A model generated the notes under the pieces. The model saw only the letters and a program-made list of their open reading frames with translations, was not told the DNA's origin and did no database searches. Shown here piece after piece: positions 12,292 through 25,254 of a DNA stretch of 64,000 bases. Location of the stretch: assembly GCF_006345805.1 (NCBI RefSeq), contig NC_043020.1, positions 22,754,001-22,818,000 on the forward strand, written 5' to 3'. The position numbers and the translations under genes are program-made. How positions within the stretch are numbered: position 1 is the stretch's first letter; the number at the start of each line of letters is the position of its first letter. Origin of the DNA: Octopus sinensis (Eukaryota).

Positions 12292-12761
12292 GTTCTAATG
12301 TAAAAAAAAACGTTTTTAGTATATAACCATAGAAGTTGAAACTAGAAGGGTGTACTTGGTGAGCAGCAGCCCTGGGAAACTACTACTACTGCTGCTGCTG
12401 CTGCTACTATTACTACTTATAATGTAAAGACCTTTTTTTAGATTATGTTACTGCTTTGGTGGAGGGTAGTGGTAAGGATTTAAGGATCCCTCTAAATATT
12501 ACAGCCTGCCCTTGGCCCTTACTGTGTAACTACTGCTACTACTAATACTACTACTACTACTACTTCTGTAAATGCTGCCGCCACTACTTGTTTAACCAAA
12601 GTATGGTCAAAGACTTCCAGCCATGCCCATCTGGTCGATTTACGGGCATCTAGGACTTCATTATCCAACACATCCTTCCTGTGTTTTTTTTTTGTTTTTT
12701 AGAGTAGGTGTTCGGGATGTGTGTGGATGTTAAATGATGATGATGCTGATGCTGCTGATAC

Positions 12762-12792
<31 letters not shown>

Positions 12793-13009
12793 GGTGATGA
12801 CTGTGATGATGATGATGGTGATGGGGATGATGATGATGATTATGGTGATGCTGATGATGGTGATGATGATTATGGTGATGATGATGATGGTGATGATACA
12901 CACACATATCAATATCAATGAAGACATCATCTTCAACCTCATCCTCGTCATCATCATCATGCAAAACTCATGGATAGAAGTTATTTTGCTAAATTCTTCA
13001 AAATTTTCA

Positions 13010-13265
13010 GAGTTTATTGCAACTTGCTTACGAACCACATGGTTCTGGGTTCAGTCCCACTACGTGGCACCTTGGGCAAAAGTGTCTTCTACTCTAGCCT
13101 CGGGCCGACCAAAGCCTTGCGAGCGGATTTGGTAGACAAGGAACTGAAAGAAGCCCATCGTATATATGTTTATATATTTATCTAATGTGTGTGTGTGTAA
13201 TCTGTGTTTGTCCCCCAACATCGCTTGACAACCAATGGGGTGTGTTTACGTCCCCATAACTTAGC
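13010..13265 (+). mobile_element. SINE family A, truncated
   Basis: ccacatggttctgggttcagtcccactacgtggcaccttgggc... to ccccataacttagc. Confidence 0.8.
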
Positions 13266-13463
13266 ATCTATACATTATATATCTAGATATATAGATATAT
13301 ATTATATATATATATATATATATGTATATAATATATGTATATTATATTGTATATATAATATATTGTAATATATATATATGTATATGTATATATGTATATA
13401 TATATATATATATATACTAGATATATATAAATATTTTATATATGATAATTATATATATATATT

Positions 13464-13522
<59 letters not shown>

Positions 13523-13759
13523 GGAGGTTATGAGAGGTAATGGTGTCAGTGAGACCCAAAGGTTTCAGGTAATGCTGAATAAGTGCTATGGATAGACCAG
13601 AGTTGAGTTCCTGGTTCAGTAATTATGCGAATAAGGGGTCATATATAGGTCATATATTAGTGTGTGTATAAAAAAAAATTTTTATCGCATTACGGAAAAA
13701 AAAAAATTTTTTATATCTAAATATATTATATATATATATATATATATATGTATATTTAA

Positions 13760-14070
13760 AGACCCCCTTCAGTCATGTATGACCATGGGATTGCACCTAG
13801 AGAGTTACCCTCTGAGGCACAAGTCTGGGAAAGGTTGTTTGTGGAAGGCCAGCAGTCACCCATGCATAAACAGCCTCCTCTCTCTCCATGCCACTCATAT
13901 TATCCAAGGGAAGGCAAAGGAGCCGATACAGCTTGGCACCAGTGACGTTGCAACTCATTATCACAGCTGAGTTAACTGGAGCAACGTGAAATAAAGTATC
14001 TTGCTTGAAGAACACGACATGTAGCCCGGTCCGGGAATCGAACTCACAACCTCACGATTGTAAGCTCGAC
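13760..14070 (-). mobile_element. tRNA-derived SINE family B
   Basis: Reverse-complement head ccgggaatcgaactcacaacc and core gcaacgtgaaataaagtatcttgc. Confidence 0.8.
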
Positions 14071-14214
14071 ATTAAGTAGATCACAAAGAAACAGGAAATT
14101 AAGCAATAATCTTCATTGCATTATGTTCAGTTTCTTTGGCATTATTTAATCTTATAGATATATATGTATGTGAGTGTATGGATATGTTAGACCACTGAAC
14201 TCAGCACATTTTTA

Positions 14215-14365
14215 TTTCATTTTCTCTTATTTATTTCCTCATATTCTTTTCTGATGAAGAGCATGGGCTCGAAACATAAACGACTTTTCCATTTTTCCCA
14301 AGCGTCAAACTTGCTTCTTGTTCCTATACCTCTTTTCATCTTTGTTTTTCTATAAATTTGAACTA
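14215..14365 (+). mobile_element. PLE-type tail fragment with HHR (family P2)
   Basis: CTTTT-CTGATGA-A-GAGC-ATGG-GCTC-GAAAC-ATA-AA at 14246-14280; core intact, stems I and III decayed. Confidence 0.65.
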
Positions 14366-14404
14366 CATATATATATATATATATATATAGTATTATTTTC
14401 ATCA

Positions 14405-14483
14405 TTTACATTTGACAGATATCCGTCGAATGTAAATAATTTAAATAATGTACATAATTCCTCATCTCTTAAATATAGAACTG
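14405..14483 (+). mobile_element. Miniature fold-back insertion of the family E 3' end
   Basis: tttacatttgacagat|atccgtcgaatgtaaa palindrome, then the family E terminus cataattcctcatctcttaaatatagaactg. Confidence 0.7.
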
Positions 14484-14959
14484 TATATGTATATATGTTG
14501 TGCAAAATTTTGCATGTGGTGAATTGTAGTGAAAAATATAAAAAGAAAGAAAACACAGAGATTTTGTGTTGAACAAAAGAACTGTATATATATGTATATA
14601 CTTATGAACTACAATATTTACGTAGTCAACCGGTTTCGTTTGTGCTAATCATGACTGAAAACTTATGATAATATTACAATTTCGTATGTAATATATATAT
14701 ATATATATGATGAGTCTCCTTTAGTTTTCATCTTTCAAATCTACACACACCGCTTTGGTCAACCTAAGGTATTGTAGAAGACCCTTGTCTAAGGTTCAGT
14801 ACAGTGAGACTGAACTCAAAACCGCATGGTTAGGAAGCAAGTTTCTTACCGCATGCCTAAATTTTTGTTTTGTGTTTGTACACGCATACTTGTGTATGTG
14901 TGTGTTGATGTGTGTGGGTGTCTTTGTGTTCTAAAATGTAGCTTTAGCTAGTAAAATGA

Positions 14960-15560
14960 TACTTTTATTCAATCTGATTAATATGATATCAATGTTAATG
15001 AGATAAAATCTTGATTATATTTGTGTGTGTGTGTGTTTACAAGTGTATGTGTGTGTGTGAGTGTCAGTGTGTTTATGTGTGTGTGTGTGTGTGTATGTCT
15101 GTGCTTACATGTGTACGTATGTGTGAGTGTTGTTGAGTTTATGTATGTATATATGTGTGTGTGTGTATGGATGTTTGTGTGTGCCTGCACTTGTACGAGT
15201 GCGTGTGCATATGCATGCTTGTACTCATGTGTGTGTGTGTATGTCTGTGTTTGTATGTATGTGTGTGTATGCATGTTTGTGTGTGTGTATACATGTTTAT
15301 ACTTGTGTGTGGGTGTGGGTGTATGTCTGTGTTTGTATGTGTGTGTGTTTGTGTATGCATGTTTGTACATGTGTGTGTGTGTATGTCTGTGTTTGTATGT
15401 GTGTGTATGCATGTTTGTGAGTGTGTGTGTATGCATGTTTATATTTGTGTGTGTGTATGTCTGTGTTTGTATGCGTGTGTGTTTGCGTATGCATGTTTGT
15501 GAGTGTGTGTATGTGTATGCATGTTTGTACATGTGTGTGTGTGTGTGTGTGTGTGTACAT
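14960..15560. repeat. Compound (TG)n/(TGTA)n tract
   Basis: Recurrent gtatgtctgtgtttgtatgtgtg and gcatgttt subunits. Confidence 0.9.
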
Positions 15561-15829
15561 TCAAAGCCAAAAGGAAATAAACAAAATCAAAGAACAGAAT
15601 TAATGGTGAAAACCAGTGCCATACCATATTAATTGGTCGTTGTCATTGTTGTTGCTGTTATTGCTGTCATCGTTGTTATTCCATTGGCAGAATGAAGATA
15701 CTGAGCCCTGCAGTGTGTGTGTGTGTGTGTGTGTGTGCGGAGTTGTATGACTTTGTGTATGTTAGATATGTAGCAGTTTGTGTGTATGAGAGAGATATTG
15801 TAGTGATGGAAACTGCAGGGAAGAAGAAA

Positions 15830-16192
15830 GAGGAAGAGGCGGAGGAGGGGGAGGAGGAGGAGAAAAAAGGAGTGTTGAAGAATGAAAGAAGAAGAAGAAA
15901 AAGAAAAATGGAAGGAGAAGAAGAAGAAGGAGAAGAAGAAGAAATAGAAGAAGAATGAAATAAGAAGAAGAAGAAGAAGAAGAAGAATGGAAGAAGAAGA
16001 ATGAAAGAAGAAGAAGAAGAAGAAGAAGAATGAAAGAAGAAGAAGAAGAATGAAAGAAAAAGAAGAATGAAAGTAGAATGAAAGAAGAAGAAGAAGAAGA
16101 AGAAGAAGACTGAAAGAAAAAGAAGAATGAAAGTAGAAGAAGAAGAAGAAGAATGAAAGTAGAAGAAGAAGAATGAAAGTAGAAGAGAAGAA

Positions 16193-16224
<32 letters not shown>

Positions 16225-16248
16225 AGAAGTATGAAAGTAGAAGAAGAA

Positions 16249-16280
<32 letters not shown>

Positions 16281-16335
16281 AGAAGTATGAAAGTAGAAGA
16301 GAAAGGATGGAGGAAGAAGAAAAAGAAGAACTTTT
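15830..16335. repeat. (GAA)n tract with gaatgaaagta interruptions
   Basis: Direct reading. Confidence 0.95.
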
Positions 16336-16607
16336 GAGAAGAATCTGGTTGATGTAATTGATTAATAAATATTACTAAGTTTCTTTGTTTGTTTGTTTGT
16401 TTGTGGTGAGGTGCCCCCTTTTTTTGTATCCTTGGTATCTGATCCTCAGAATTATCCAAAACAGAACAGAATGGAATGGTAACAGCACCAAAACAGAACC
16501 AAAACTATTGCTTCCGACTTAGAGATTGTTTAGTTGTGACTTACTGTCATCAAATATTGAAATTTGTAGACACAGTAATATACACACATACATACATACA
16601 TACATAC

Positions 16608-16661
<54 letters not shown>

Positions 16662-16690
16662 GATTTAATAATACACACACATACTTATAC

Positions 16691-16721
<31 letters not shown>

Positions 16722-16904
16722 ATAGACCTACATATACATACATCAGTTGATTATAGAAGCCTTCTCTGAGGGCACACACATACACACTACTACATCATGC
16801 ATCTCCTCCATACACACACGCACTTCACAGCCACCACCACAACCACCACCATTATAACCCGAACCACCCCCACCAAAAATAAAATCAAAAACTGCAGGTT
16901 ATAT

Positions 16905-18082
16905 GTTGTATGTAGTGCTGGTGGTGCTGGTGCTGATGGTGGTGGTGGTGGTGCTGGTGGTTGTGGTGGTGGTGATGGTGGTGGTGGTGATGGTGATGTT
17001 AATGGTGGTGGTGCTGGTGCTGATGGTGATGGTGGTGGTGCTGGTGGTGGTGGTGGTGGTGATGGTGGTGGTGGTGATGGTGATGTTAATGGTGGTGGTG
17101 CTGGTGCTGATGGTGGTGGTGTGGTGCTGGTGGTTGTGGTGGTGGTGATGGTGGGTGGTGGTGTGCTGGTGTGGTGGTGGTGGTGATGTGGTGGTGGTGA
17201 TGGTGATGTTAATGGTGGTGGTGCTGGTGCTGATGGGGTGGTGGTGGTGCTGGTGGTGGTGGGTGTTGATGGTGGTGGTGTGATTGTGATGTTAATGGTG
17301 GTGGTGCTGGTGCTGATGGTGGTGGTGTGGTGCTGGTGGTGGTGGTGGTGCTGGTGCTGATGTGGTGGTGGTGGTGCTGGTGGTGGTGGTGGTGGTGATG
17401 GTGGTGGTGGTGGTGGGGTGCTGGTGGTGCTGGTGTGATGGTGTGGTGGTGGTGCTGGTGCTGATGGTGGTGGTGGTGGTGCTGGTGGTGTGTTGGTGGT
17501 GATGTGTTGGTGGTGGTGTGGTGCCTGTGGGTGCTGGGTGCTGATGGGTGGTGGTGGTGCTGGTGAGTTAATGGTGGTGGTGCCTGGTGCTGATGGTGGT
17601 GGTGGTGGTGCTGGTGCTGGTGGTGGTGGTGGTGTGATGTGGGCTGGTGGTGGTGGTGGTGCTGTGGTGGTGGTGGTGCTGGTGGTGTGGTGGTGCTGGT
17701 GTGGTGTGGTGATGTTTAATGGTGGTGGTGCTGTGCTGATGGTGGTGGTGGTGGTGCTGGTGATGTTAATGGTGGTGGTGTGCTGGTGTCTGGTGGTGTG
17801 GTGGTGGTGCTGTGGTGGTGGTGCTGGTGGTGGTGGTGGTGGTGGTGACTGTGGTGGTGGTGGTGCTGGTGGTGGTGGTGGTGCTGTGGTGTGGTGTGTG
17901 ATGTTAATGGTGGTGGTGCTGGTGCTGATGGTGGTGGTGGTGGTGCTGGTGATGTTAATGGTGGTGGTGCTGGTGCTGATGGTGGTGGTGGTGCTGGTGC
18001 TGGTGGTGGTGGTGGTGGTGCTGGTGGTGGTGGTGGTGGTGGGTGCTGGTGGTGGTGGTGGTGGTGCTGGTGGTGGTGGTGC

Positions 18083-18113
<31 letters not shown>

Positions 18114-18644
18114 GGTGGTGGTGGTGCTGGTGGTGGTGGTGGTGCTGGTGGTGGTGGTGGTGATGTTAATGGTGGTGGTGCTGGTGCTGATGGTGGTGGT
18201 GGTGGTGCTGGTGATGTTAATGTGTGGTTCTGGTGCTGAGGTGGTGGTGGTGCTGGTGCTGGTGGTGGTGGTGTGGTGCTGGTTGCTGGTGGTGGTGGTG
18301 GGTGGTGCTGGTGGTGGTGGTGGTGGTGGTGTCTCTGGTGGTGGTGGCTGGTGATTTATGGTGTTGGTGCTTGTGCTGATGGTGGTGTGGTGGTGCTGGT
18401 GATGTTAATGTGGTGGCTGGTCCTGGTGGTGGTGGTGTGGTGCTGGGGATGGTGCTGGGCTATGGTGGTGGTGTGGTGCTGGTGGTGGTGGTGGTGGTAA
18501 TGGTGGTGGTGGTGGTAGTGGTGGTGTTGTTGGTATTTGGTGTTGGTGGTGGTATGGGTGGTGGTGGTGGTAGTGGTGGTGGTGTGTTGGTGTCATGTTT
18601 GGAGGGCAATAGTGAGGCAGTGGTGGTGACATTGATGGTAGCAG

Positions 18645-18690
<46 letters not shown>

Positions 18691-19060
18691 GGTGGTGGTG
18701 GTGGGGGGGATTATGGTAGGGATGGTGGCAGTAGTAATTATGGTGATGGGGGGATGATTGGCAGTGTTGTTGTTATTGTTGGTGGTGGTGGTGGTAGTGT
18801 TGTTGTTATTGAAGTGGTGGTCATGATGTGATGGTGGTAGTGTTGTTGTTGTTATTGAAGTGGTGGTGATGGTGGTGGTTGGTGGCGAAATTGGTGGCGT
18901 TCCTGGTTCCTGGTGGGAAATACAATGATTGTGGTGGTACAGGTGGTGTTGTGTGGTGTATCATGGTGGAACAGTGGTGGTGATGGTGGTAGTATTACTG
19001 GTAAGGGTAGTCATACTCATGGATATGATGGTGATGGTGATGGTGATGGTATTGGAATTG
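16905..19060. repeat. ~2.1-kb (GGT/GCT/GAT)n tract
   Basis: Direct reading; recurring ggtgatgttaatggtggtggtgctggtgctgat subunit. Confidence 0.95.
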
Positions 19061-20275
19061 TAGGATTTTGATATTTATCAGAGACAAAATATAAAAGACT
19101 AAATCTGAGTTTTCTTCTTGTTGTTCTTGTTACTGTTATTCACTAGAATGTTGTTGCTTTTGTATTTTTTTGTTTGTGGTTTTAGGGAGGGAAGGTCATG
19201 TGAGGAATCAATTTTTTTTGTCAAAAATATGTATCTGGATGTATGTGTGTGTGTGTGTGCATGTGTGCGTTTCTTTATCAATCAATCTCTCACTATACGT
19301 GTATATATATATAATATATATAATATATATATGTGTGTGTGTATATATATACATATATATATAGATATATATAAGCATATGTGTGTGTGTGTGTATTCAT
19401 GCATGTGTAAATATGTATGAGTTTTATACACACACAAATACACACGCGCATATATATATATATATATATGAACACACACTAATATACATATATGTACACA
19501 TACATACTCAGACATATGTACTGAGGCACAAACATACATGTGCACACTCAGACGCACACACTCTCATACATACATACATACATACACACACACACACTCA
19601 CGTACTCCCCGCATGCACATGTATACACACATGCACATACACGCATGTATATATTCACACGTGCACACACACTCAGCCACACACACACACACACACATAC
19701 ACAGACACATTCACACACACACACACACATATATGCACACTAACTCATACACACATACATGCACTCACACATGCATGTAGGCATGTATTTCATAGCATGA
19801 GATCTGCTCACATTTCCCAGTGTGAACCCCGGCTATACATTGTGCTTTCACCTTTGTTCCACATCAACAAATGTTATTATTGTTAATAGTAACTGCTACC
19901 ATTGTTATTTCAGCATTCACCCAGGGGTTATTTCCAATCGTTGTCGTCGGTCGTCGTCGTCATCGTCGTCGTCGTCAATCGTCAATCGTCGTCGTCGCTC
20001 GTCGTCGTCGTCGGTCGTCGTCGTCGTCGTCGTCGTCGTCCGTTATTATTTTTTATTTCTTATCAACTTTCAATATATTTCATTTTTGTTTTGCAGTTTT
20101 TTTTTTCTTTTGTTTGGTTTGCATTGGTTTTGAATTGTTCTGGCGTTTTATATTTTTGAGGTTTTTTTTGGTGGGTGTGGTGGTTCTCTCTAGTCTGTAG
20201 TAACATGGGTTGGGCAGGTATATAAAAGTTTATTTTATACCATTATATATATGTAATACTGTTATATATTCATAA

Positions 20276-20440
20276 TGGTCTATACTATGTACAGTGGATC
20301 CCTATAAAAGAGAGAGCTGTAACTGTCAGCTATGTTTAAATGAGGCACTGGAAATCTTTTCGGCTGGAGATAGCATTCTCAATAGCAGAAAAGAGACTTT
20401 CATTAACTGTTTACATAAAAATTCTAGGACTTTCAAATTC
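20276..20440 (+). pseudogene. Penelope-like element ORF C-terminal fragment
   Basis: Translates WSILCTVDPYKRESCNCQLCLNEALEIFSAGDSILNSRKETFINCLHKN, matching the WSIL..PY..C.LCL.E..I..LN.R.E..C.H pattern I recall from PLE endonuclease C-termini. Confidence 0.7.
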
Positions 20441-20536
20441 CAAGAGAACACAAACAGGGACAATATTAATGATAAATATATCCCCTATATATATATGTAA
20501 GTGTGTATGTGTGTATATATGCAGGAGTGAAAAAGA

Positions 20537-20581
20537 GTGACAAATATTAATATTTCATTCATTTCCACTCTTCAGTGCCAC
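20537..20581 (-). ncRNA. Minimal type I hammerhead motif, weak stem II
   Basis: Minus strand GTGGCA-CTGAAGA-GTGGAAATGAAT-GAAA-TATTAATAT-T-TGTCAC: 6-bp stem I and palindromic ATATTAATAT stem III. Confidence 0.6.
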
Positions 20582-20749
20582 ATCCTCCTCTGCCTCTGAA
20601 GCGACCTAGGAAGACTAGAGATGACCATGAAATATTGATATCTGCTGTTCTCTTCCAGTTCAAAAGTGTCTCCCCGGGACAAAGTATTACAACTTCGCAG
20701 TGTTTCATAAGGCACATACATTAAGCATGTGATACTGGTAATGTTTGTA

Positions 20750-21171
20750 GGCGCAGGAGTGGCTGTGTGGTAAGTAGCTTGCTAACCAACCACATGGTTC
20801 CGGGTTCAGTCCCACTGCGCGGCATCTTGGGCAAGTGTCTTCTGCTATAGCCTCGGGCTGACCAATGCCTTGTGAGTGGATTTGGTAGACGGAAACTGAA
20901 GAAGCCTGTCCGTATATATGTATATTATATATATATATATGTGTGTGTGTTTGTTTGTCTGTGTTTTGTCCACCTAGCATTGCTTGACAACCGATGCTGG
21001 TGTGTTTATGTCCCCGTTACTTAGTGGTTCGGCAAAGAGACTGATAGAATAAGTACTGGGCTTACAAAGAATAAGTCCCGGGGTCGATTTGCTCGACTAA
21101 AGGCGGTGCTCCAGCATGGCCGCAGTCAAATGACTGAAACAAGTAAAAGAGTAAAAGAGTAAAAGAGTAAA
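20750..21171 (+). mobile_element. tRNA-derived SINE family A, full length, apparently little diverged
   Basis: ggcgcaggagtggctgtgtggtaag head, CpG-rich body, (agagtaaa)n tail. Confidence 0.9.
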
Positions 21172-21214
21172 ATTATATAATATATATATATATATATATA
21201 TATCTAATAATAAT

Positions 21215-21450
21215 AATAATTTGAGGGAGTATTATTCCAAACTTAGAGGGAAAAATTCAATTTAGAAATACTACTAAATAATTTCACAAAAATAATATAT
21301 AATATAATTAGAGGAAAAAAACACCTTTTATCAATTCAAAATGAAAAATTAAATTACACCATCTAGAAAATTACATATAATAGAAATATTAAATGTAAGA
21401 TAAAAATATAACGATGATCAAGTAATTTGCAAAATAATAATAAAACGTAT
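21215..21450. mobile_element. AT-rich interspersed repeat family F, class unknown
   Basis: gagggagtattattccaaactta..ggaaaaattcaatttag... also at ~30885 and ~35055, always next to (AAT)n. Confidence 0.65.
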
Positions 21451-21460
21451 ATATTTGGTA

Positions 21461-21507
<47 letters not shown>

Positions 21508-22783
21508 TATATATTAATAATAATAATATGACAGCAAAAGAAATAATGAGACCTCAATATTATGTAAAATAGAGGAATATATCTATAAATATTATGTGAC
21601 ATTTAGTTGGTAATCATAATAAAACTCAGAGTTTCAGATACCACGGCTGAAGTCTACTCCAGCATCTCATCAGTTATTAAGACCTTATGAAGAGCTTAGA
21701 CTGAACTGTGTGAGGTCTACCACACAAAGACTGAATGGTATAATGATGATGATGATGATGATGATATTAGACCAGGCTGTCTGTTCTGTCTGTTCCGTCT
21801 TGATCACAATGGCCCAAGGAACAGGAACACGAAACTGGCTAACAGTTTTTGTGATGTTTTTGCAGTTTTGATAATAAAGTGTGTGTCTGTGTGTATGTAT
21901 GTATGTATGTATGTATGTATGCATCTATGTATATACACTTACACGTGTATGTCACAAACCTGCCTTTCCATGGGTGGACATTCATACTTGATGTCCACTT
22001 CCTTGACAGGAAGCCATCTTGTATAGCGTACCACCACTGCCAACACCACCACTATAATAAAAATAGCAACAACAACAGCAATAACAACAATATAAGAAAC
22101 ATGTCTGCCAGAATCCTTTCTCCCCGCACCCCCCCACCTGCTAACAATTCCCCCTTTTTACTCTTTCTTTCTTTCTCTCTGTCTCTCTTTTACTCTCTCT
22201 CCTCACTTTCTCATTTTATATATTTCTAGTCCTTGTACTTTCTCCCTCTCTCTTTCTCTCTCCTCTCTCCCTCTCCCCCCTCTCTCTCTCTCTCTCTCTT
22301 CGCTTGTCTTTATCTCACTCCCCCTCTATTGCTTAGCCACAGGAAATTATAGGTTAAATTTTTCTCATAGACAGGCATTTTGCAATGTGTGTGTGTGTGT
22401 AAGTGTGTATATACATATGTATATAAGTGTATGCTTTGTATGTGTTTATGCAAATTTGTATGAATGGGTTTGATGATGATGTATATATGCAATGAGGTGT
22501 GTATGTGTGTATGTTTATGTATATATATATATATATATATAGATAGATAGATATAGATATATAGATATAGATATAGATAGATAGATAGATAGATTGATAT
22601 AGATATTGATATAGATATAGATATATAGATATATATACATACGTGTGTGTGTGTGTGTGTGTGTGTGTCTGTGTATGTGTGTGTGCATGTGTGTGTATGT
22701 GTGTGCATGTGTGTATATCTGTATGTAAGAAGGTAGGACAGATATATTGTTGGAAAGACATTTTGTAAGAGTATATATTTATG

Positions 22784-22834
<51 letters not shown>

Positions 22835-24460
22835 CATATAACATATAGATAATCATCAGTGTGTGTATGTGTGTTTGTGTGTGTGTGTATCCACATGTAT
22901 GTTTTTGTTTTTCTGCCCAAACTCCAAGAGATCCAGCAGCACATCACAAAAAATATGTAGAATCATATAATTATGACCTACAAAATAAAGTCATTTCCTC
23001 ATACCTAGGGTTTCATACATTTGACATAAGTCAGTAGACTGTTCTGTTCTTATTTGTGAGTTTGAAATAATGGACTCTTTCAGATTCACTGAGGGGTCTA
23101 TGACCAAGGAAATCTTCTAGTTTAGCAACAATATGCATATATATATGTATGTATATATATATATATGTGTATATATATTATCTTAATCTAAAGTAATTGA
23201 TGTGTAACTATCACCAAAACATGTGTAGAAATCTTATAAATAAATGAATTAAGACTATGTTCTCCTGCCTTGTATCTCATGTGTGTGTGTGTGTGTGTGT
23301 GTGTAATCTTTCGTTCTCTCTGTGTATGTGTACATAAATATATACAGATAGAACAAAAGTTTATGTATGTGTGTCTGTGTATGCACACACACGCACACAC
23401 ACACATATATATATATATTATATATATACGTATATATATATACATACATATATGTATGTGCATGTGTGGACATATGTATGTATATATATGTATACACAGA
23501 CACAGATATATACAGATATGTACAGACAAATGTGTGTGTGTATGTATACATATATATATATAATTATATATGTGTGTGAGTGTGTGTGTGTGTATACATA
23601 CACATGCACGCTGATGTATATAATTGTGACTATTATTGGATTAAATGACATATATAACTGATATATATCGCAGCAATCAAGGTATTTATGACTGATATCG
23701 GAACTTATTATAAATATTCGTAAACTCTTACATACCTACAAAACACTCATACACACACACACACACACATATATATACATACATATATCTATATATATAT
23801 ATATATATTATATATATATGTATGTATATGTCATCTTAATCTAAAGATATACATATATATATATATACATATATTTATACGTGTGTGTGTGTATTATATA
23901 TAAATGTCTTTGAGTGTGTATATAGATGCATTCGTTTTATCCTTGTATGTGTGCGTGTGTGTGTGTATATATATGTGTGATTGAATTTTCAAAAAGAAAA
24001 AAAAGAGAAAAAAACCCTCTATTAACATCATGAACTTTACAACAAGTCCACAAGTCCGGATGTTAAAATTACACACACAGACATATATCTAGACATGTGT
24101 ATACATCATGCACATGTGTAGGAGTGTATATATTAGGTGTGTGTGTGTGTGTGTATGTAGTCCAATTCTTTATGATAGGAGAGAAGATTAGGAAAATATA
24201 TTTGCAGTATTGTTGTAATACTAGGTCAACCATAAATGAATGCACCTATAATCAAAGACACACCAACCATGCCCATCATATCTCTTTTTTGTATTCTTTT
24301 GTTTTGTTTCCTAAGAGTGTATTTCAAGGATTACATGTATGCAATATGTTCTTCCATTTTGTTTCCCAAAAAAAAAATGTGTTGTGATGGAGATTTAGCT
24401 GCTATTTCTAGCCGGTTCAGAGACTACACCGAGACTCTTTTCTTGGCACAATGTGATGAT

Positions 24461-25240
24461 ATCAGACATGGCTGTGTGTTGGGTGGGATCATCACACAAA
24501 GACCAGTTGATGGTGGTGGTGGTGGATGTTAGACTGAACTGTGTGAGGCCCACCAGACAAAGACCGAGTGGTATGATGATGATGATGATGATGATGATGA
24601 TGCTGTTGTTGTTGTTAAGTAACAAGACGGGTAAGGGTGATTAGGTGATGGTCTAGGGCTTAGGGGGCGGGAGACCCCAGATCTTGAAAAAAAGAAAAAA
24701 AACTTTGGTCGTTTTGTTGTAGTCGAGGTCTCTTCGTTGACACCCGACACCACTGGGAGGTGGCCCTCGAATCGCTGGAAATGGAGAACTCCAGGTCCAA
24801 ATTCTTGGACGGCTGCTGCTGGTGCTGATGATGATGATGATGATGATGTTGACCTAGTTGCCTTTTCGGTCCATCACACAAAGACCAGACAATGGTGATG
24901 CTTTTGTAGTGTTAGACCAAGCTATATATGTCAGGTCCATCACACACAAAAGGGCAAAAGCTCGCTCAGTCTCGATTTTCAGCATAAATACGGATCGCAG
25001 AAGTGTGGCCCACCAGCCCTTTCTGAACAGTGGTGAGCTAGGCATCCACTGAAAGGTATCAGAAAAGTTACCACAGGGATAACTGGCTCATGGCAGCCGA
25101 GGATTTACAGCAATGTTGCTTTTTGGTCCTTCAACGTTGGCTCTTCCTATCATTGCGAAGCAGAATTCGCAAAGGTGGTGGTGTTAGACCAGGCTGTGTG
25201 CTATGTCTACTGCATGTAGACCAAATGACAGTGATGATGG
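24461..25240 (+). repeat. Degenerate array of ~45-nt hairpin units separated by (GAT/GGT)n
   Basis: ttagac...ctgtgtg...cacacaaagacc units at ~24461, 24528, 24848, 24909 and 25181; also 21696 and 21767. Confidence 0.6.
24947..25174 (+). pseudogene. Decayed 28S rRNA fragment
   Basis: caaaagggcaaaagctcgct..., tcagaaaagttaccacagggataactggct..., ggctcttcctatcattgcgaagcagaattcgc match conserved 3'-domain LSU rRNA segments with many substitutions; no other rDNA nearby. Confidence 0.9.
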
Positions 25241-25254
25241 TGAAATTTGCTGTT

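Noticed and set aside
16797-18757. Gly-rich ORFs resembling structural proteins (GGAGADGGG...)
   Set aside because: These are translations of a (GGT)n tract with many frame shifts, no signal peptide and no splice signals; similar tracts occur throughout the window.
24947-25174. Functional rRNA gene or rDNA unit
   Set aside because: Only ~230 nt, with substitutions in universally conserved positions and no adjacent rDNA.
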